DNA of 64,000 bases. It comes from a virus. Each line of letters opens with the position of its first letter. Positions within the stretch are counted from its first letter, which is position 1. A program made the position numbers and the translations under genes. The notes under the pieces were generated by a model. It worked only from the letters and a program-made list of their open reading frames with translations. It was not told the DNA's origin and did no database searches. The DNA lies in the IMG/VR virus record IMGVR_UViG_3300019757_000003, positions 1 through 64,000 of that record. One strand, 5' to 3'. Positions 20,186 to 31,450 of this stretch are shown here, in pieces.

Positions 20186-21544
20186 TAAAATAAAGGAATA
20201 AGTAATGAAGAGCTTTAAAGTAAAGGACTAATATGGCAAAAGGTAAATATGATATAAATGAGGTACTAGCTATGATGCAAGGAGTGCAACCTACTAGTAT
20301 TGGAAGAATACTAGTATTAGATAGTACACTTATTGTAGGTTTATTGTCAAAGAAAACTGAACTAGAGGAGAACCATGTTTACCAGATAAATAAAGTAGGT
20401 AGCTCAATGGTTCTAGAGGATTTAGGTGAGTCTCATGTAAATTTTAACGACTCTTATATGGATGTATCAACAACACTACTTCACTATGATAAGAAACTAA
20501 TCTTAACAGATGAGGAACTTAGACTATTTGAAGAACAACAAATCAAAATAAAGGACAAAAGTTGGAAAAGATAAAAGTAAAGATTAGAAGCTGGAAAAGC
20601 ATGGAAAAGGAATTTGGTTTAAATGAATGGGGTAACATACTAACAAAATACGCATTTGTAGACGAAATGAAGTTTATGTGTGATAAAAAAAAAATAGAAT
20701 TAGATGAAGACTTCTACACTACTGGTGGTTGGTATATATCTAGTGATATGGTTAAGAAAAAGTATAGACACTTATTCACTAAGGACAAATAATGCAACCA
20801 ATGACAAGAGAGATAGCAGAGAGGTTGGTATGTCCATTTATGGCACATACCACAGATGGGGACTACACATCGTACTATGATTGTATAACAACTAAATGTA
20901 TGGCTTGGGAAATAGGTTCAACTTTTACTATAGACGAGTTTGGACATGAAGATGTAGAGTACGATTCAAGTAGGCATAAAGACCTTAAGTACTCACCAGA
21001 TTGGCATTACAGCCATGAGCTACATAACAATAAGATAAGATTTAAAAAGAAGGTACAACTAAAACCGTTACAATGTACAGGAAGTTGTATGAGGTTAAAA
21101 AGGTTAAGTAATGGAACAAGTACTTAATTTACTAGCATTACTAGCTATAGGAGCTTTAGTAGGCTATTTAATAGATAAAGGATTTAGAGATTAATAAAAG
21201 AGTAATTGCAGAAGATGAGCTATTAGCTTGGACAGGTAGTGACAACACTAAAGAAGAGTTAATAGGTGTAGTGCTTGGAGTACTGAATGATGGGTACTGT
21301 GTAGATGACTTAAGACAAGATATACTAGACTATTTTGATGAGAGAGAGGAGTAGACTATGATAGACTATAATGGACTATTTATGTCGGAGTTAATTTTGT
21401 TTCTAGTATCTACAGTGCTTGGGATATTCAAAGCAATAGAAACTAACTACATGCAAGGTTTACTAGTATTTACGCTAGTATATTGGTTGTGGTTCAATGC
21501 AATAATACTAGCAACAATAGCTTATTTAAAATAAAAGGAAGAAG

Positions 21545-21973
21545 ATGAATAAAACATCAATGTACAACGATATGAGTAATACAGCTTTAGAGTATTTTCT
21601 ATCTAATATGCTAGGATTTACTATTAAAGTAGACAAAGCTACAGAACTAGGACTACCATCTGAACATATTAAAGATGATTCTATAGTATTAAATATATTC
21701 AATTGGTCTTTAGAACAGACCACATTATCAGATACTAAACTACATACCGTAGTAGTATTTAATGATGAAGAGTACTGGATAGATATTAACTTAATAAATA
21801 TTCTATTTATTGCCACTAAAGATGAACTGATACTAGCTAGGAGTTATGAGTTAGAGCAAGAACCATTAACAGTAAAAGAGTTATTGTTAAATGACAAAGC
21901 TTTAAAACATGAACAAGACAATGCTGATGGTATCAAATACTCACTGAGTAAACTGATGAGGAATAAGAAGTGA
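21545..21973 (+). CDS. SspB-like (stringent starvation protein B / ClpXP adaptor fold) protein
   Basis: GLPSEHIKDDSIVLNI...LSDTKLHTVVVFNDEEYWIDINLINILFI resembles SspB (VP..v.DG.IVLNI...F.G....i.vP..ai.aI). Confidence 0.5.
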   Translation: MNKTSMYNDMSNTALEYFLSNMLGFTIKVDKATELGLPSEHIKDDSIVLNIFNWSLEQTTLSDTKLHTVVVFNDEEYWIDINLINILFIATKDELILARSYELEQEPLTVKELLLNDKALKHEQDNADGIKYSLSKLMRNKK

Positions 21974-22632
21974 AACTACTAGAACTAGCTAACAATAGGT
22001 ATGTAATAGTACAAGATGACTATTTGAGAGCTGTAGAGCTGTTTACTGATGAAGTATTCACTGAAGGGACTTCAGAGCAAATACTAGAAGGTAAGTGGTA
22101 TGGTTGGTATGTACCAACAACAGACAAAGTAAAAGAGTACCAAGATGCAAAAGTATTAAGACAAGCAACAAAAATTAAAGCTATAGATAAGTATATAAAA
22201 AATCATAAATTAAAGGAAAGAAAATGAGTCAAATATCAGAAGAAAAGAGAATGTTACTAGAAATGTTGTCTAAAGGTTATCCAAATTATAAACTAGATGA
22301 GTTAGGATTAGATAGGGTAATTAGCATGAGTGTACAAGATTTAGAAGATATACTGTTAGGAGAGATGTAATGCTTAAAAAAGCTTTAATATTAATACTAG
22401 TGACAACTACAGTAGTAACATTATTATGGTATTCTGCTATGGTATTTGTGAATTGGAGTTTTGATATTGGTCTTATTGGAAGAGTGTTACTAGTACTAGG
22501 AACACTGTTAGCATTAGTACTAATATCCGTATTCTTCTTTAGTTTGGAGGATAAAACCATAAATGAGGCATTTGACACACTGACTTGTGCTAGAGATACT
22601 TTTATGGAACAAGAGTGTACTAAGGAGAATAA

Positions 22633-22854
22633 ATGATATTACCAATATTTAGAGGTAGGGAGTTCCATGTTGGGTTTTACATAACAGGTACTCCAGAGAA
22701 GGAAGGAAATGAGTGGTTCATAACAGATAAAGATGGACTTAAAATAAAAGTTAGACCAGAGACTATAGAAATATCATTCGATGGTGGAGACACATATTGG
22801 AATATGGAAAAAGCTGACCATTTGTTAAAGATGGATAATTTGTTAAACAACTAA
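22633..22854 (+). CDS. YopX-like protein
   Basis: IFRGR...YITG...WFI...KVRPETI pattern. Confidence 0.45.
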   Translation: MILPIFRGREFHVGFYITGTPEKEGNEWFITDKDGLKIKVRPETIEISFDGGDTYWNMEKADHLLKMDNLLNN

Positions 22855-23307
22855 AGTAGAAATACTTTAGTAACTTAAATTAAAGGATTGAAGATGACTG
22901 ATGGTAAAAATTACACTGAAGTTAATGAGAGAATAGCAAAAAAAGTAGAACAAGAGTTAGACAATTTTGAAAAAGGTGAAATAGTGATAATGTGGAATAA
23001 AGGAGACCTATATCCAAAAGTTACTAGATATAACAAAAAGTTAGGTGAAAGATACATAGATAACTCAGGACATAGTTACAACTTTGTAGCTAAGTTCACA
23101 GATAATCCTTGTGAGGTTGTACTATGAGAAAGTTAATATTACTAGGACTACTTGTGAGTTATTCTAACGCTGTCTCTCTCAAATGTGAGTTAGAACTTAA
23201 TAAAGCTACTAGAATTGCTATGGCTTATGCCATCAGTGGAGTTGGCTTTAAAGCTATGTTCATGGCTGATAGGAGAGCTAAAAAGATATGTGGTAAGGAA
23301 TATTAAA

Positions 23308-24399
23308 ATGAATATACAAGATTATGTTATAAATATAGAGGATAGTAGTTTACAAGATAGACTAAAGTTAAGACAAGTGTTACTTGATAATGGGCAAGAA
23401 ATATACAATGCTGAGCATTCTACTCTGCTAAAGGTACACTTAAAAAAAAGTACAGAGTATAGGCACTCTTACGACAGTTGGAGGGTAACTGCAACAGTTG
23501 AACCCAACATCTCACTAGAAAACTTTATACAAAAGTTTAAAACTAGTAATAAGCTAAGAAATTTAGCATTCTATAAAGATAGTGGTGAAGAATGGACTGA
23601 TGATGAGTGTACAACTATTAATGAATTCTTAGGAATCACTGATAATTATGTGGGAAATATAGCAAAAGATTTAAAATATTACTTTGATGATGGTGGCTCC
23701 TATACAAACACAGCTTACTCAAATTGGTTTACACAAGAGAAAGAAACTAATTTCTCTAATTGTCTACAGATAAAATATGAGGATTGTTTTATGGAAGAGT
23801 CTAAGAACCATAAAGTAAGAGAAAAAAAAGAGGTGGAACAAGAAATTAAAGTAGGTCAAATCTGGACTTCTAAGAGAACTGGCAAAGTTGTTCGTATCTC
23901 AGAGATTAGGCAAGTAACACCTTCAGGGAACCTTATCTTCGCTAATGGATTTAGTACTTTCATAAAAGAGTGTATATTTAGAGAAAGATTTATACTAAAA
24001 GATGTAGAACCTAACATACCAAATCTATGTTGTGAGACAGCATTACCAACTTGCTCTAATGAGCCAACAATACAAACAAATAAGGAAAATACAATGAATG
24101 CAACAAAAGAACAATTAGACTTAGAGCTAGTAAAGAGACAAATAGCACAACTACCAGCAGTTAAAGATGCTAAAGTTAAAAAAGTTAAAACAGACCTAGA
24201 GTCAAGAAAACCTTTTACTGTTGTAGTTTATGATGAAAATGGTAAGTACCACTCTACAGTATACTACAAAACACTAAAGAAAGCTGAGAGATTTAAAGAT
24301 GACTACTTAGCTACGAAATATGGTTATGGCTGTACAATTACTATCCATAAAGAAGTAAGTGCTTACAGTACTAAAGCTCCTATTGTAAAGGTTAAGTAA
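23308..24399 (+). CDS. modular hypothetical protein; contains the domain found standalone at 29042-29329
   Basis: AAGGA RBS then ATG 23308; a second in-frame RBS+ATG at 24094; segment RNLAFYKDSGEEWT...FDDGG...NFSNCLQIKYE. Confidence 0.65.
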   Translation: MNIQDYVINIEDSSLQDRLKLRQVLLDNGQEIYNAEHSTLLKVHLKKSTEYRHSYDSWRVTATVEPNISLENFIQKFKTSNKLRNLAFYKDSGEEWTDDECTTINEFLGITDNYVGNIAKDLKYYFDDGGSYTNTAYSNWFTQEKETNFSNCLQIKYEDCFMEESKNHKVREKKEVEQEIKVGQIWTSKRTGKVVRISEIRQVTPSGNLIFANGFSTFIKECIFRERFILKDVEPNIPNLCCETALPTCSNEPTIQTNKENTMNATKEQLDLELVKRQIAQLPAVKDAKVKKVKTDLESRKPFTVVVYDENGKYHSTVYYKTLKKAERFKDDYLATKYGYGCTITIHKEVSAYSTKAPIVKVK

Positions 24400-24642
24400 T
24401 GAGCAATACAAGTTTTATAGTAGGACTAATAGTGATTATAGCTTCTATATATGGTTGGGTTATGAACTTACTAGCAGTAATAGCTGTTACAGTATTTACA
24501 GGTAAAGCTCTAGTAGGAGCTATAGGTATCGTAGTATTCCCAGTAGGTGTAATTATGGGATTATTTGTATGGTAAACTATCTGTAAAAGAGTTAATAAGT
24601 GGTTACTGAAAAGTAGCCTTACAGTAAATTTAAAGGAATAGA

Positions 24643-25116
24643 ATGAAAAAGATAGTAATAGCAGCGTTAATGAGTTTGATAATTGTTGGTTGTAGTGGTG
24701 AAAGCAGTAGTTCACCTCAGGTAGATAATTCAACACTTACAAACTTAGAAAATGACTATGGGTATTTTGGTAAAGACGTTGTTTTTGGGTCAACAAAAAT
24801 AGTTGGATATTGGACTTTAACTCAGGAATCTTCTGGTCACAGAGAGACCATAAACTTTTACGAAGATGGGGAATTACGTGTACAATCAAATAATAAAGTC
24901 TACTATGGGGATTACGGTCTATCTAAGGATGGTAAAGAGATTAATTACATAACAAACAAATCTATATTATCACATACTACTCTTCAAATACTAGCAGTAA
25001 TACCCTCTACAATGAGATACTCAGATGGTAGACCAGATGAGAATATTAACTGTTATACTGTTCAGTACAAGGATATTAGTATAGTAGCTAATGATTTGAC
25101 AATGTGTCCATTTTAA
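24643..25116 (+). CDS. lipoprotein (lipocalin-like fold possible)
   Basis: MKKIVIAALMSLIIVGC lipobox, Ser-rich linker, IVGYWTL motif. Confidence 0.65.
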   Translation: MKKIVIAALMSLIIVGCSGESSSSPQVDNSTLTNLENDYGYFGKDVVFGSTKIVGYWTLTQESSGHRETINFYEDGELRVQSNNKVYYGDYGLSKDGKEINYITNKSILSHTTLQILAVIPSTMRYSDGRPDENINCYTVQYKDISIVANDLTMCPF

Positions 25117-26674
25117 TGAATAAAGATGTAGTAAAGAAAGTAATTATTACACGCTACTAAATAACTAATAGACTCTAAACATAAAGAGTCTTTTAGTACA
25201 GTTAATAAAGAAGTAAAAATAAAGGAAAGAACTGGGTATTATATTATGGTCTTATGTGGCAGAGGGTGTTATTAAAGAGTTAGCTCCAAAAGAGCTTAGT
25301 GAACTAAATGAGTATATCTCTACAAATGAACTAAATAAGAAGGATTGTTTAAGTTGGTGTGGTGATAGAGACTTTGATTTAGCATTTAATTGGGATAGTG
25401 AACTAGACATAGCAGTAGCTAAACCTAGGTTAGAGAAGCTTTATAAAAAATTGAAAAAAGCTATAAAAAAGAGAGGTTACCTATTAGAGATAGACTTTGG
25501 AAGTTGGAATGATGAACAACTAGAGTTTTATGGTAACTTTATGTATATATTAAAAGAGAAGCAAACATCAAATAAAGGAAAGAGATGACAAGTAAACTAG
25601 AGTTTAAAAAACTAGAGAAAATAATGTCTTGGAAAGAAGTACAAGACTATCTTAAACGGAATAAAGGTTATAGACTCCCTTTAATTGATGAAATAGAGTC
25701 TATTAAGAATACAAATAACTATTGGTTAAATAGTGAAGTGATAGAGGTAGAGAATGGTATAGTACCTGCTAAAGTAGTACATACTAGCTTAGGTATGACT
25801 AATGTAAATACTCTATTAACAGTTATACTAATTAGAGCATTAGAGAGTGTACTATGGACTTCTAAAGTATATTACTTAGCTAAGATACCTCATTATGATG
25901 TTGACAAACCTTATAGTAAATCAGCTTTGTATGGATTAGACCATATTACACAATCTATGAATGCACACGATTTAGTTGTGTTTAAGGAGACTGAATGACA
26001 TTTGAAATTAAACTATTTAGTAAGAAATTTGGATACTACATAGAGTTGGACTACCATCAATATCTACATAAGAATGGTAAACTTAGAGATGACACACTAT
26101 ACAAAGGGAAACCTACTGGTTTGTTCAAGAGTAAGAAGAAAGCTTTAAAAGCTATAAAAGGATATTATAAAAGGAATAATATATGTTAGAGATATATAGA
26201 ATTTGGTTCAAAAGTCACATAATGGACATTATGATAGGTATGGGAGTATTTACTGCGATAGCTTCTGCTTTTCAAGAAGATGCCTTACAAGCAGGTGTAT
26301 TCCTAATAATAGGAACTATATGGTTTGTAGGTTCACTAATAATGAGTACACTACAAGAAATTCAAGACACTCAGTAAAGAGTCTAAAAAATCGCTACTAA
26401 GACCATAACAACACTCTATGGTCTATAAAGATGAACGCTGAAATAAGTGGAGTCCGAGAAGCACCTGAACTAGGTCAGTGATAACAACAAGTATAGTTTA
26501 CTAGGCATCGGCTAGTGTAGGTTAAAACCCTACAAATATATAATTTATATCGTTACGAGTTTTACAGTTCCCAGGAGTAATAAGTACACAGAGTACACTG
26601 CAAGTTAGCTGCAAAAGAAAGAAGAGATGGTAACTCTTGTTAAGCTGAGTGTCAACCACTGTGTACTTACCTAT

Positions 26675-26746
26675 GAAGTCTTAGCTCAGTAGGCAGAGCG
26701 AATCTACCAAGATTGCGTCACTGGTTCGATTCCAGTAGACTTCCCA
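26675..26746 (+). tRNA. tRNA-like RNA / pseudo-tRNA with a 4-nt anticodon loop
   Basis: Acceptor GAAGTCT/AGACTTC, TA, D-arm GCTC-AGTAGGCA-GAGC, stem AATCT-ACCA-AGATT, variable GCGTC, T-arm ACTGG-TTCGATT-CCAGT, then CCA. Confidence 0.75.
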
Positions 26747-27212
26747 GAGCACTACCTCAGAAGTGAGTTAAGAGAACTAGTCGTTTAATTGACGCAAGTA
26801 TGCCAACTATACTGACTTAGTTGGGCGTAATTAAAAATTAAAGGAATTAAAAAAATGACTAAACAAGAACTGCTAGAGTATATACAAAAAAGAGACGAAG
26901 AAGAACTGGAAGACATATTCTGTCTCATAGAATATGATGCCTTTCTTAATAAATCAGTTAAATATAGGGAACTTTTTGAAAAGAGTAACAACCCAGATGA
27001 TTTAATTACAGCAGTAGAGAACTATCTATTTGGCAACAAAGACTACTATGTAGATGTTAAGATCACTAATCAATCACCTAACAAAAAAGTAACATGGGTT
27101 TATGCAAAGTTTACTAAATACAGAGGTGGTAACTCTAGGTACTACAGCTTCTATGATTGGTCTGGATTTATCGAAAAATACTAAAAACAAAAACAAAATT
27201 AAAGGAATTAAA

Positions 27213-27617
27213 ATGGAAATAGATAAAGAGATAGTGCAAAAAGTACATAGAAATGGGTTCTACATAACTGAAGAAGTAATAGCTATTAAGTTCTTAAACA
27301 AGATTAAGACTTCTAAACAAAGAGGTATTAACTTTGAATTAACAATCCCTCAGTTTAGAAGATTGATGTTATTAAAAACTTGCCATTATAGTGGTATAGA
27401 ATTATACAAAGGTAAACCTAGAGATGAAGAAAATCCTAGTTTTAATTCTATGACAATTGATAGAATTGATAATACAATTGGTTACACTAAAGACAACAGC
27501 GTTGTAGCAGCCTATGGAGTGAACCAACTTAAAGGAGAGCTAGAGAGAAACAATAATGGTGTCTCTCTAAAACATCTGATTAAGATGGTTAAAGTTTTAG
27601 CTAAATACATGGATTAA
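27213..27617 (+). CDS. Srd-like (putative anti-sigma) / HNH-fold protein
   Basis: SKQRGINFELT...KTCHYSG...TIDRIDNTIGYTKDN...NQLKG; ATG 27213 after AAAGGA. Confidence 0.55.
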   Translation: MEIDKEIVQKVHRNGFYITEEVIAIKFLNKIKTSKQRGINFELTIPQFRRLMLLKTCHYSGIELYKGKPRDEENPSFNSMTIDRIDNTIGYTKDNSVVAAYGVNQLKGELERNNNGVSLKHLIKMVKVLAKYMD

Positions 27618-29041
27618 GGGTAATAAATGAAACAAAAGAGCATTAATGAGTTTGCTAAATTAGCAGTTAGAGACTACAAAGAGCTAGAGATTGGTAAAAT
27701 ATTTTATGAAGGTACTAAAGAAGTAGAGATACTATCAGACGTGTACCTAAGTGATAGTGGTAGTATATTTGTAGATGTAAAAGAAACCTTTGCAGATGGA
27801 TTTACCTACGAAACACCACTAAGCCTACGAGATCGAGGGATTATAAATGGGGGTTACAACCCTTGGCTGTTGTTTAGTAATAAGGAAATAGCTTTAGAAC
27901 ATAACTCAATTAATTGGCAAACTGGAACTAGATACTGTGAGGTACTGCGAGAACAAGTTCCTATATGGGTTCATAAACCTATGGGACAAAAGATGAGTAC
28001 TAATGAAGTACAAACTTTATTCAAACCTAAAGGGAATTAGATGAAACAAATAATAACAAATGGTGAATTGGAAATTGGCAAAAACTATTGGTGCAAACCT
28101 AAAATAAATACATACAGCAAAGCTATCATATTAACTGTAGGGGAACATATGAACAATAAATTCATTGGAAGCCATATATGGTGTACAGAAGACAATAATC
28201 AAGGACTAGAGAAATATACTATAATCGGTCCTGTTGAAGAACCAGATTGGGGTAAGTAGAGGTACTGCAAGTAGGTGTTTTGATGCACCTTTAAGTATTT
28301 TATATAATATTTAGAGGTGTGTCAAATTTTTAGACTTGTATGGACACGTTCCCTGTTTACTAATTAATCACTAGTAATCATATAATTAAACACAAATCTC
28401 TAATATCTTCCTCGGTGCTGTAATAGTAATAAAGCTGTCCTCTAGGTACACTATCCTTTGAATAAACAAAATAGTAAGCATACTCGTAAGAATGTAGAAG
28501 CTTTCAAAAATAACATTCCAGAGAGGTCAAGTACTCCATTATAATAGTATGGTGATTCGTATAAAAGTAATGCAACCTTTTAGGCTCACTACCTATTCAA
28601 TCAATTTTAAATAAAAACAAAGGGTCAAATATGACACAATTAACAATAACAGCAATTCTAGCACTATCTAACAAAAAAATGAATCCATCAATCAAACTCA
28701 AAAATATCAAAACAATCATTAAGAACGCAAAAGAGTCTTATGGTAACACTGGTAAGAAAATCTCACTAGGTAAAATAAATACTTGTAATGGACAACAATC
28801 AATCAAGTATCTAGCTGATGAAGATAAACTAGGTCTAGTAGAGGTTGAAGTGGAGTCTATCAGACTACAAGCTATCAATGTAACAGAGTGTACGCAAGGT
28901 ATAGTATTTGATAAGAAAGTGACAGAACTCATAGCATGCTCTCCAATACTTAGTAATCTAGGTAAAAGTGTGACAAGTACATTCCTCTAGGAATTACTAC
29001 AACTACCCTCTTTGGGTAGTATCTTAAATTAAAGGAACAAA

Positions 29042-29329
29042 ATGAGAAGAAATCTAGCAATATATAAACTATCAGGAGAACCTTGGACTCAAGAAGAACT
29101 CGATAAAGTGTATGCCTATACTGGTAGTAGGAGAGAAGAAAGAACCTATTCAAGTGAATTATCGAATAAGTTTATATTCGATGATGGAGACCAAAGACAT
29201 CCACAACACACAGATCTTTGGTCAATGCAAGAAGATGATTCAAACTTTAAGAACTGTAAACAAGTAGCTTATGAAGAAATCTTTAATAAGCCAAAGTTTA
29301 ATTACTATATAAAGGCTAGAGATGATTAA
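29042..29329 (+). CDS. small protein ending in PKFNYYIK tag
   Basis: 95 aa; its domain also occurs inside 23308-24399. Confidence 0.7.
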   Translation: MRRNLAIYKLSGEPWTQEELDKVYAYTGSRREERTYSSELSNKFIFDDGDQRHPQHTDLWSMQEDDSNFKNCKQVAYEEIFNKPKFNYYIKARDD

Positions 29330-29537
29330 AGTAGGAGACAGAGTAAGAGTTAATGATAATGCAATATGTGTAAATAATGAAATGAGAGAACTATTAGGTA
29401 AAACAGTAGAAGTTGAAAGCTTCAGTAGTGGTGGTGTACGATTATGGGATGAAAATAAAAAACTTATTTCGTGGTGGGTATTACATGATATAACACTAGT
29501 ACCAAAATTTAAATATTATATAAAAGGAAAGAGATGA
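29322..29537 (+). CDS. small SH3/KOW-like protein ending in PKFKYYIK tag
   Basis: KVGDRVRV; paralog of 30391-30618. Confidence 0.7.
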   Translation: MIKVGDRVRVNDNAICVNNEMRELLGKTVEVESFSSGGVRLWDENKKLISWWVLHDITLVPKFKYYIKGKR

Positions 29538-30178
29538 TTTTAGAATTCATAACAGAGAAACCAAGCAACGCAGGAGCTTGGAAAGCAATTAACAAATTAG
29601 AAGAGTTTACCTTAGTACAGAAAGTATTACTTTGGTTAAACATAGTATTGACTTATGACTTTAAAAGTCTTAAGAAAAATACTTTAAACATAATAACCCC
29701 TCACAATATTGAAGAGTATTGTGAGGGGTTAATAGAGGTACTAAGTCAAGAATTAGACTTAATTGTAAATCCTAAAATAGAAGCATTGAAAATAAGTAAA
29801 CCATTTGGTACAACTTATGATGAATGTTTAATGGGTGTACTTGAGATGATTTATAAAGATACTCCTACACATAATACAAAAAGTCTAATATCAAATTTAA
29901 GTACTGGAAAAGATATAGAACTAACAAATGCTAGTATACAACTTTTTATGGGGACAGTAACACCTATCACAGTGGCTATACTACATAGTACTAATGTATT
30001 CTTTAAAGAGAGATTTAGGAAGCACTTCATACCAACCAATTCACAAGAGATTATAATATTAGACAATGAATCTAATATAAGACCATACTTAGTAAATAAA
30101 CTGCTAGAAGCTAGTAAAAAAGGTAAAACTAGTACAGTGTTACCTACTATTAAGTTAAAGCACAATGATGGAGTATAA
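29534..30178 (+). CDS. hypothetical protein within the MoxR/vWA cluster
   Basis: 214 aa ORF, overlaps both neighbours. Confidence 0.65.
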   Translation: MILEFITEKPSNAGAWKAINKLEEFTLVQKVLLWLNIVLTYDFKSLKKNTLNIITPHNIEEYCEGLIEVLSQELDLIVNPKIEALKISKPFGTTYDECLMGVLEMIYKDTPTHNTKSLISNLSTGKDIELTNASIQLFMGTVTPITVAILHSTNVFFKERFRKHFIPTNSQEIIILDNESNIRPYLVNKLLEASKKGKTSTVLPTIKLKHNDGV

Positions 30179-30398
30179 ATATCCTATTTATAAAGAGTTT
30201 GAACTTACTGGTGAGATAGTAAAATTCACATCTTTAAACTCAGGTACTGTTATGGTAAGTGGTAATAGTGCTTTCTCAGATGAAGTAGGTTCTAAATATG
30301 ACTCCCGGACAGACCATACAAGAAAAGATGTTTGGAAAGACACAGATTTTAGAGAACCTAGTAAGTTTAATTACTATATAAGGAAAGAGGATGTTTAA
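30165..30398 (+). CDS. small protein ending in PSKFNYYIR tag
   Basis: 77 aa ORF. Confidence 0.7.
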   Translation: MMEYKYPIYKEFELTGEIVKFTSLNSGTVMVSGNSAFSDEVGSKYDSRTDHTRKDVWKDTDFREPSKFNYYIRKEDV

Positions 30399-30618
30399 AG
30401 CAGGGGATATGGTTACTATAAGCTATGATGCAAGATGTATAAACAATGAAACGAAAAAACTCTTAGGTAAAACAGTAGAAGTCAAAAGTACTGCCTCAGG
30501 AGGTTTCTTGGTATGGGATGAAAATAAAATAAATGAATCCTATTGGTTTGGATCAGAACTAACACTAGTACCAAAGTTTAAATATTATATAAAATCAAAG
30601 GAAAACAATGAATCATAA
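30391..30618 (+). CDS. small SH3/KOW-like protein ending in PKFKYYIK tag
   Basis: KAGDMVTI; shares C.NNE...LLGKTVEV.S..SGG...WDENK with 29322-29537. Confidence 0.7.
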   Translation: MFKAGDMVTISYDARCINNETKKLLGKTVEVKSTASGGFLVWDENKINESYWFGSELTLVPKFKYYIKSKENNES

Positions 30619-31450
30619 ACAATATGATGAGATAAAGAAAATTATAGAGGCAGGGATAGCTGTACACCTAGTAGGACCTAGTGGTAGTGGTAAATCTACA
30701 ATTATAAAACAAGTAGCTAAAGACTTAGGCTTAGAGTACTACTATATAGGTTGTACAAGGCAGACCACAGAGGGTAAATTTATTGGTTTCAATAGTGTAG
30801 CAACACTAGAGTATATGTCAACATTATTTAGAAAAGCTGTAGAGTTTGGAGGGATATTTTCGTTAGAGGAGTTAAACGGAATTGATCCTAATACAGTGTT
30901 AGTATTAAACTCATTGGATAATGGTTCAATGGCTTTCCCTGATAGGATTGTAGAAGTCCATAAGGATTTTAGACTAGTAGCTACTAGTAATCCTCCTTCA
31001 GATGAACATGGAGCTATGGATGAGCTAGATTTCTCCACTAAAAATAGATTTCAAGAGATATGGCTTGACAAAGATGACAAGTTATGCGAAGAACTGTCTT
31101 CTTCAGAAGCTATGGCAGAAGTAGAAGCCTTAAGAAAGTTATTGGAAGACAATGGTTCATCTAAAAAACTTACTATGAGAGATGAGATGAGATTAGAGAA
31201 ACTTAAAGCTTTAGGGATTAAAAACCCACTCTTAAAACTTATAGATACAGAATCTGAAGAACTGAAAAGTTCTATATCAGATAAAATAGAAGAGGGAACT
31301 AAGAGAGTATTAGAGGAACAAAAAGCTAGATTACAAGCTGCTCTGGAAGAAAAGAAAAGATTGCAGGAAGAAGCTGAGTTAGCTAAACTGACCCAACACG
31401 ATATGCAAGATTTAGAAAGTTATATCAATAAAATCAAGGAGAACAAATGA
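30608..31450 (+). CDS. MoxR/CobS-like AAA+ ATPase (AAA_5)
   Basis: Walker A GPSGSGKS, Walker B variant FSLEELN, HKDFRLVATSNP (sensor I), LDFSTKNRF (Arg finger), C-terminal coiled coil. Confidence 0.85.
   Translation: MNHKQYDEIKKIIEAGIAVHLVGPSGSGKSTIIKQVAKDLGLEYYYIGCTRQTTEGKFIGFNSVATLEYMSTLFRKAVEFGGIFSLEELNGIDPNTVLVLNSLDNGSMAFPDRIVEVHKDFRLVATSNPPSDEHGAMDELDFSTKNRFQEIWLDKDDKLCEELSSSEAMAEVEALRKLLEDNGSSKKLTMRDEMRLEKLKALGIKNPLLKLIDTESEELKSSISDKIEEGTKRVLEEQKARLQAALEEKKRLQEEAELAKLTQHDMQDLESYINKIKENK

Noticed and set aside
26581-26669. Possible known riboswitch or self-cleaving ribozyme
   Set aside because: Could not match hammerhead, twister, pistol or c-di-GMP consensus by eye; kept only as an unclassified structure
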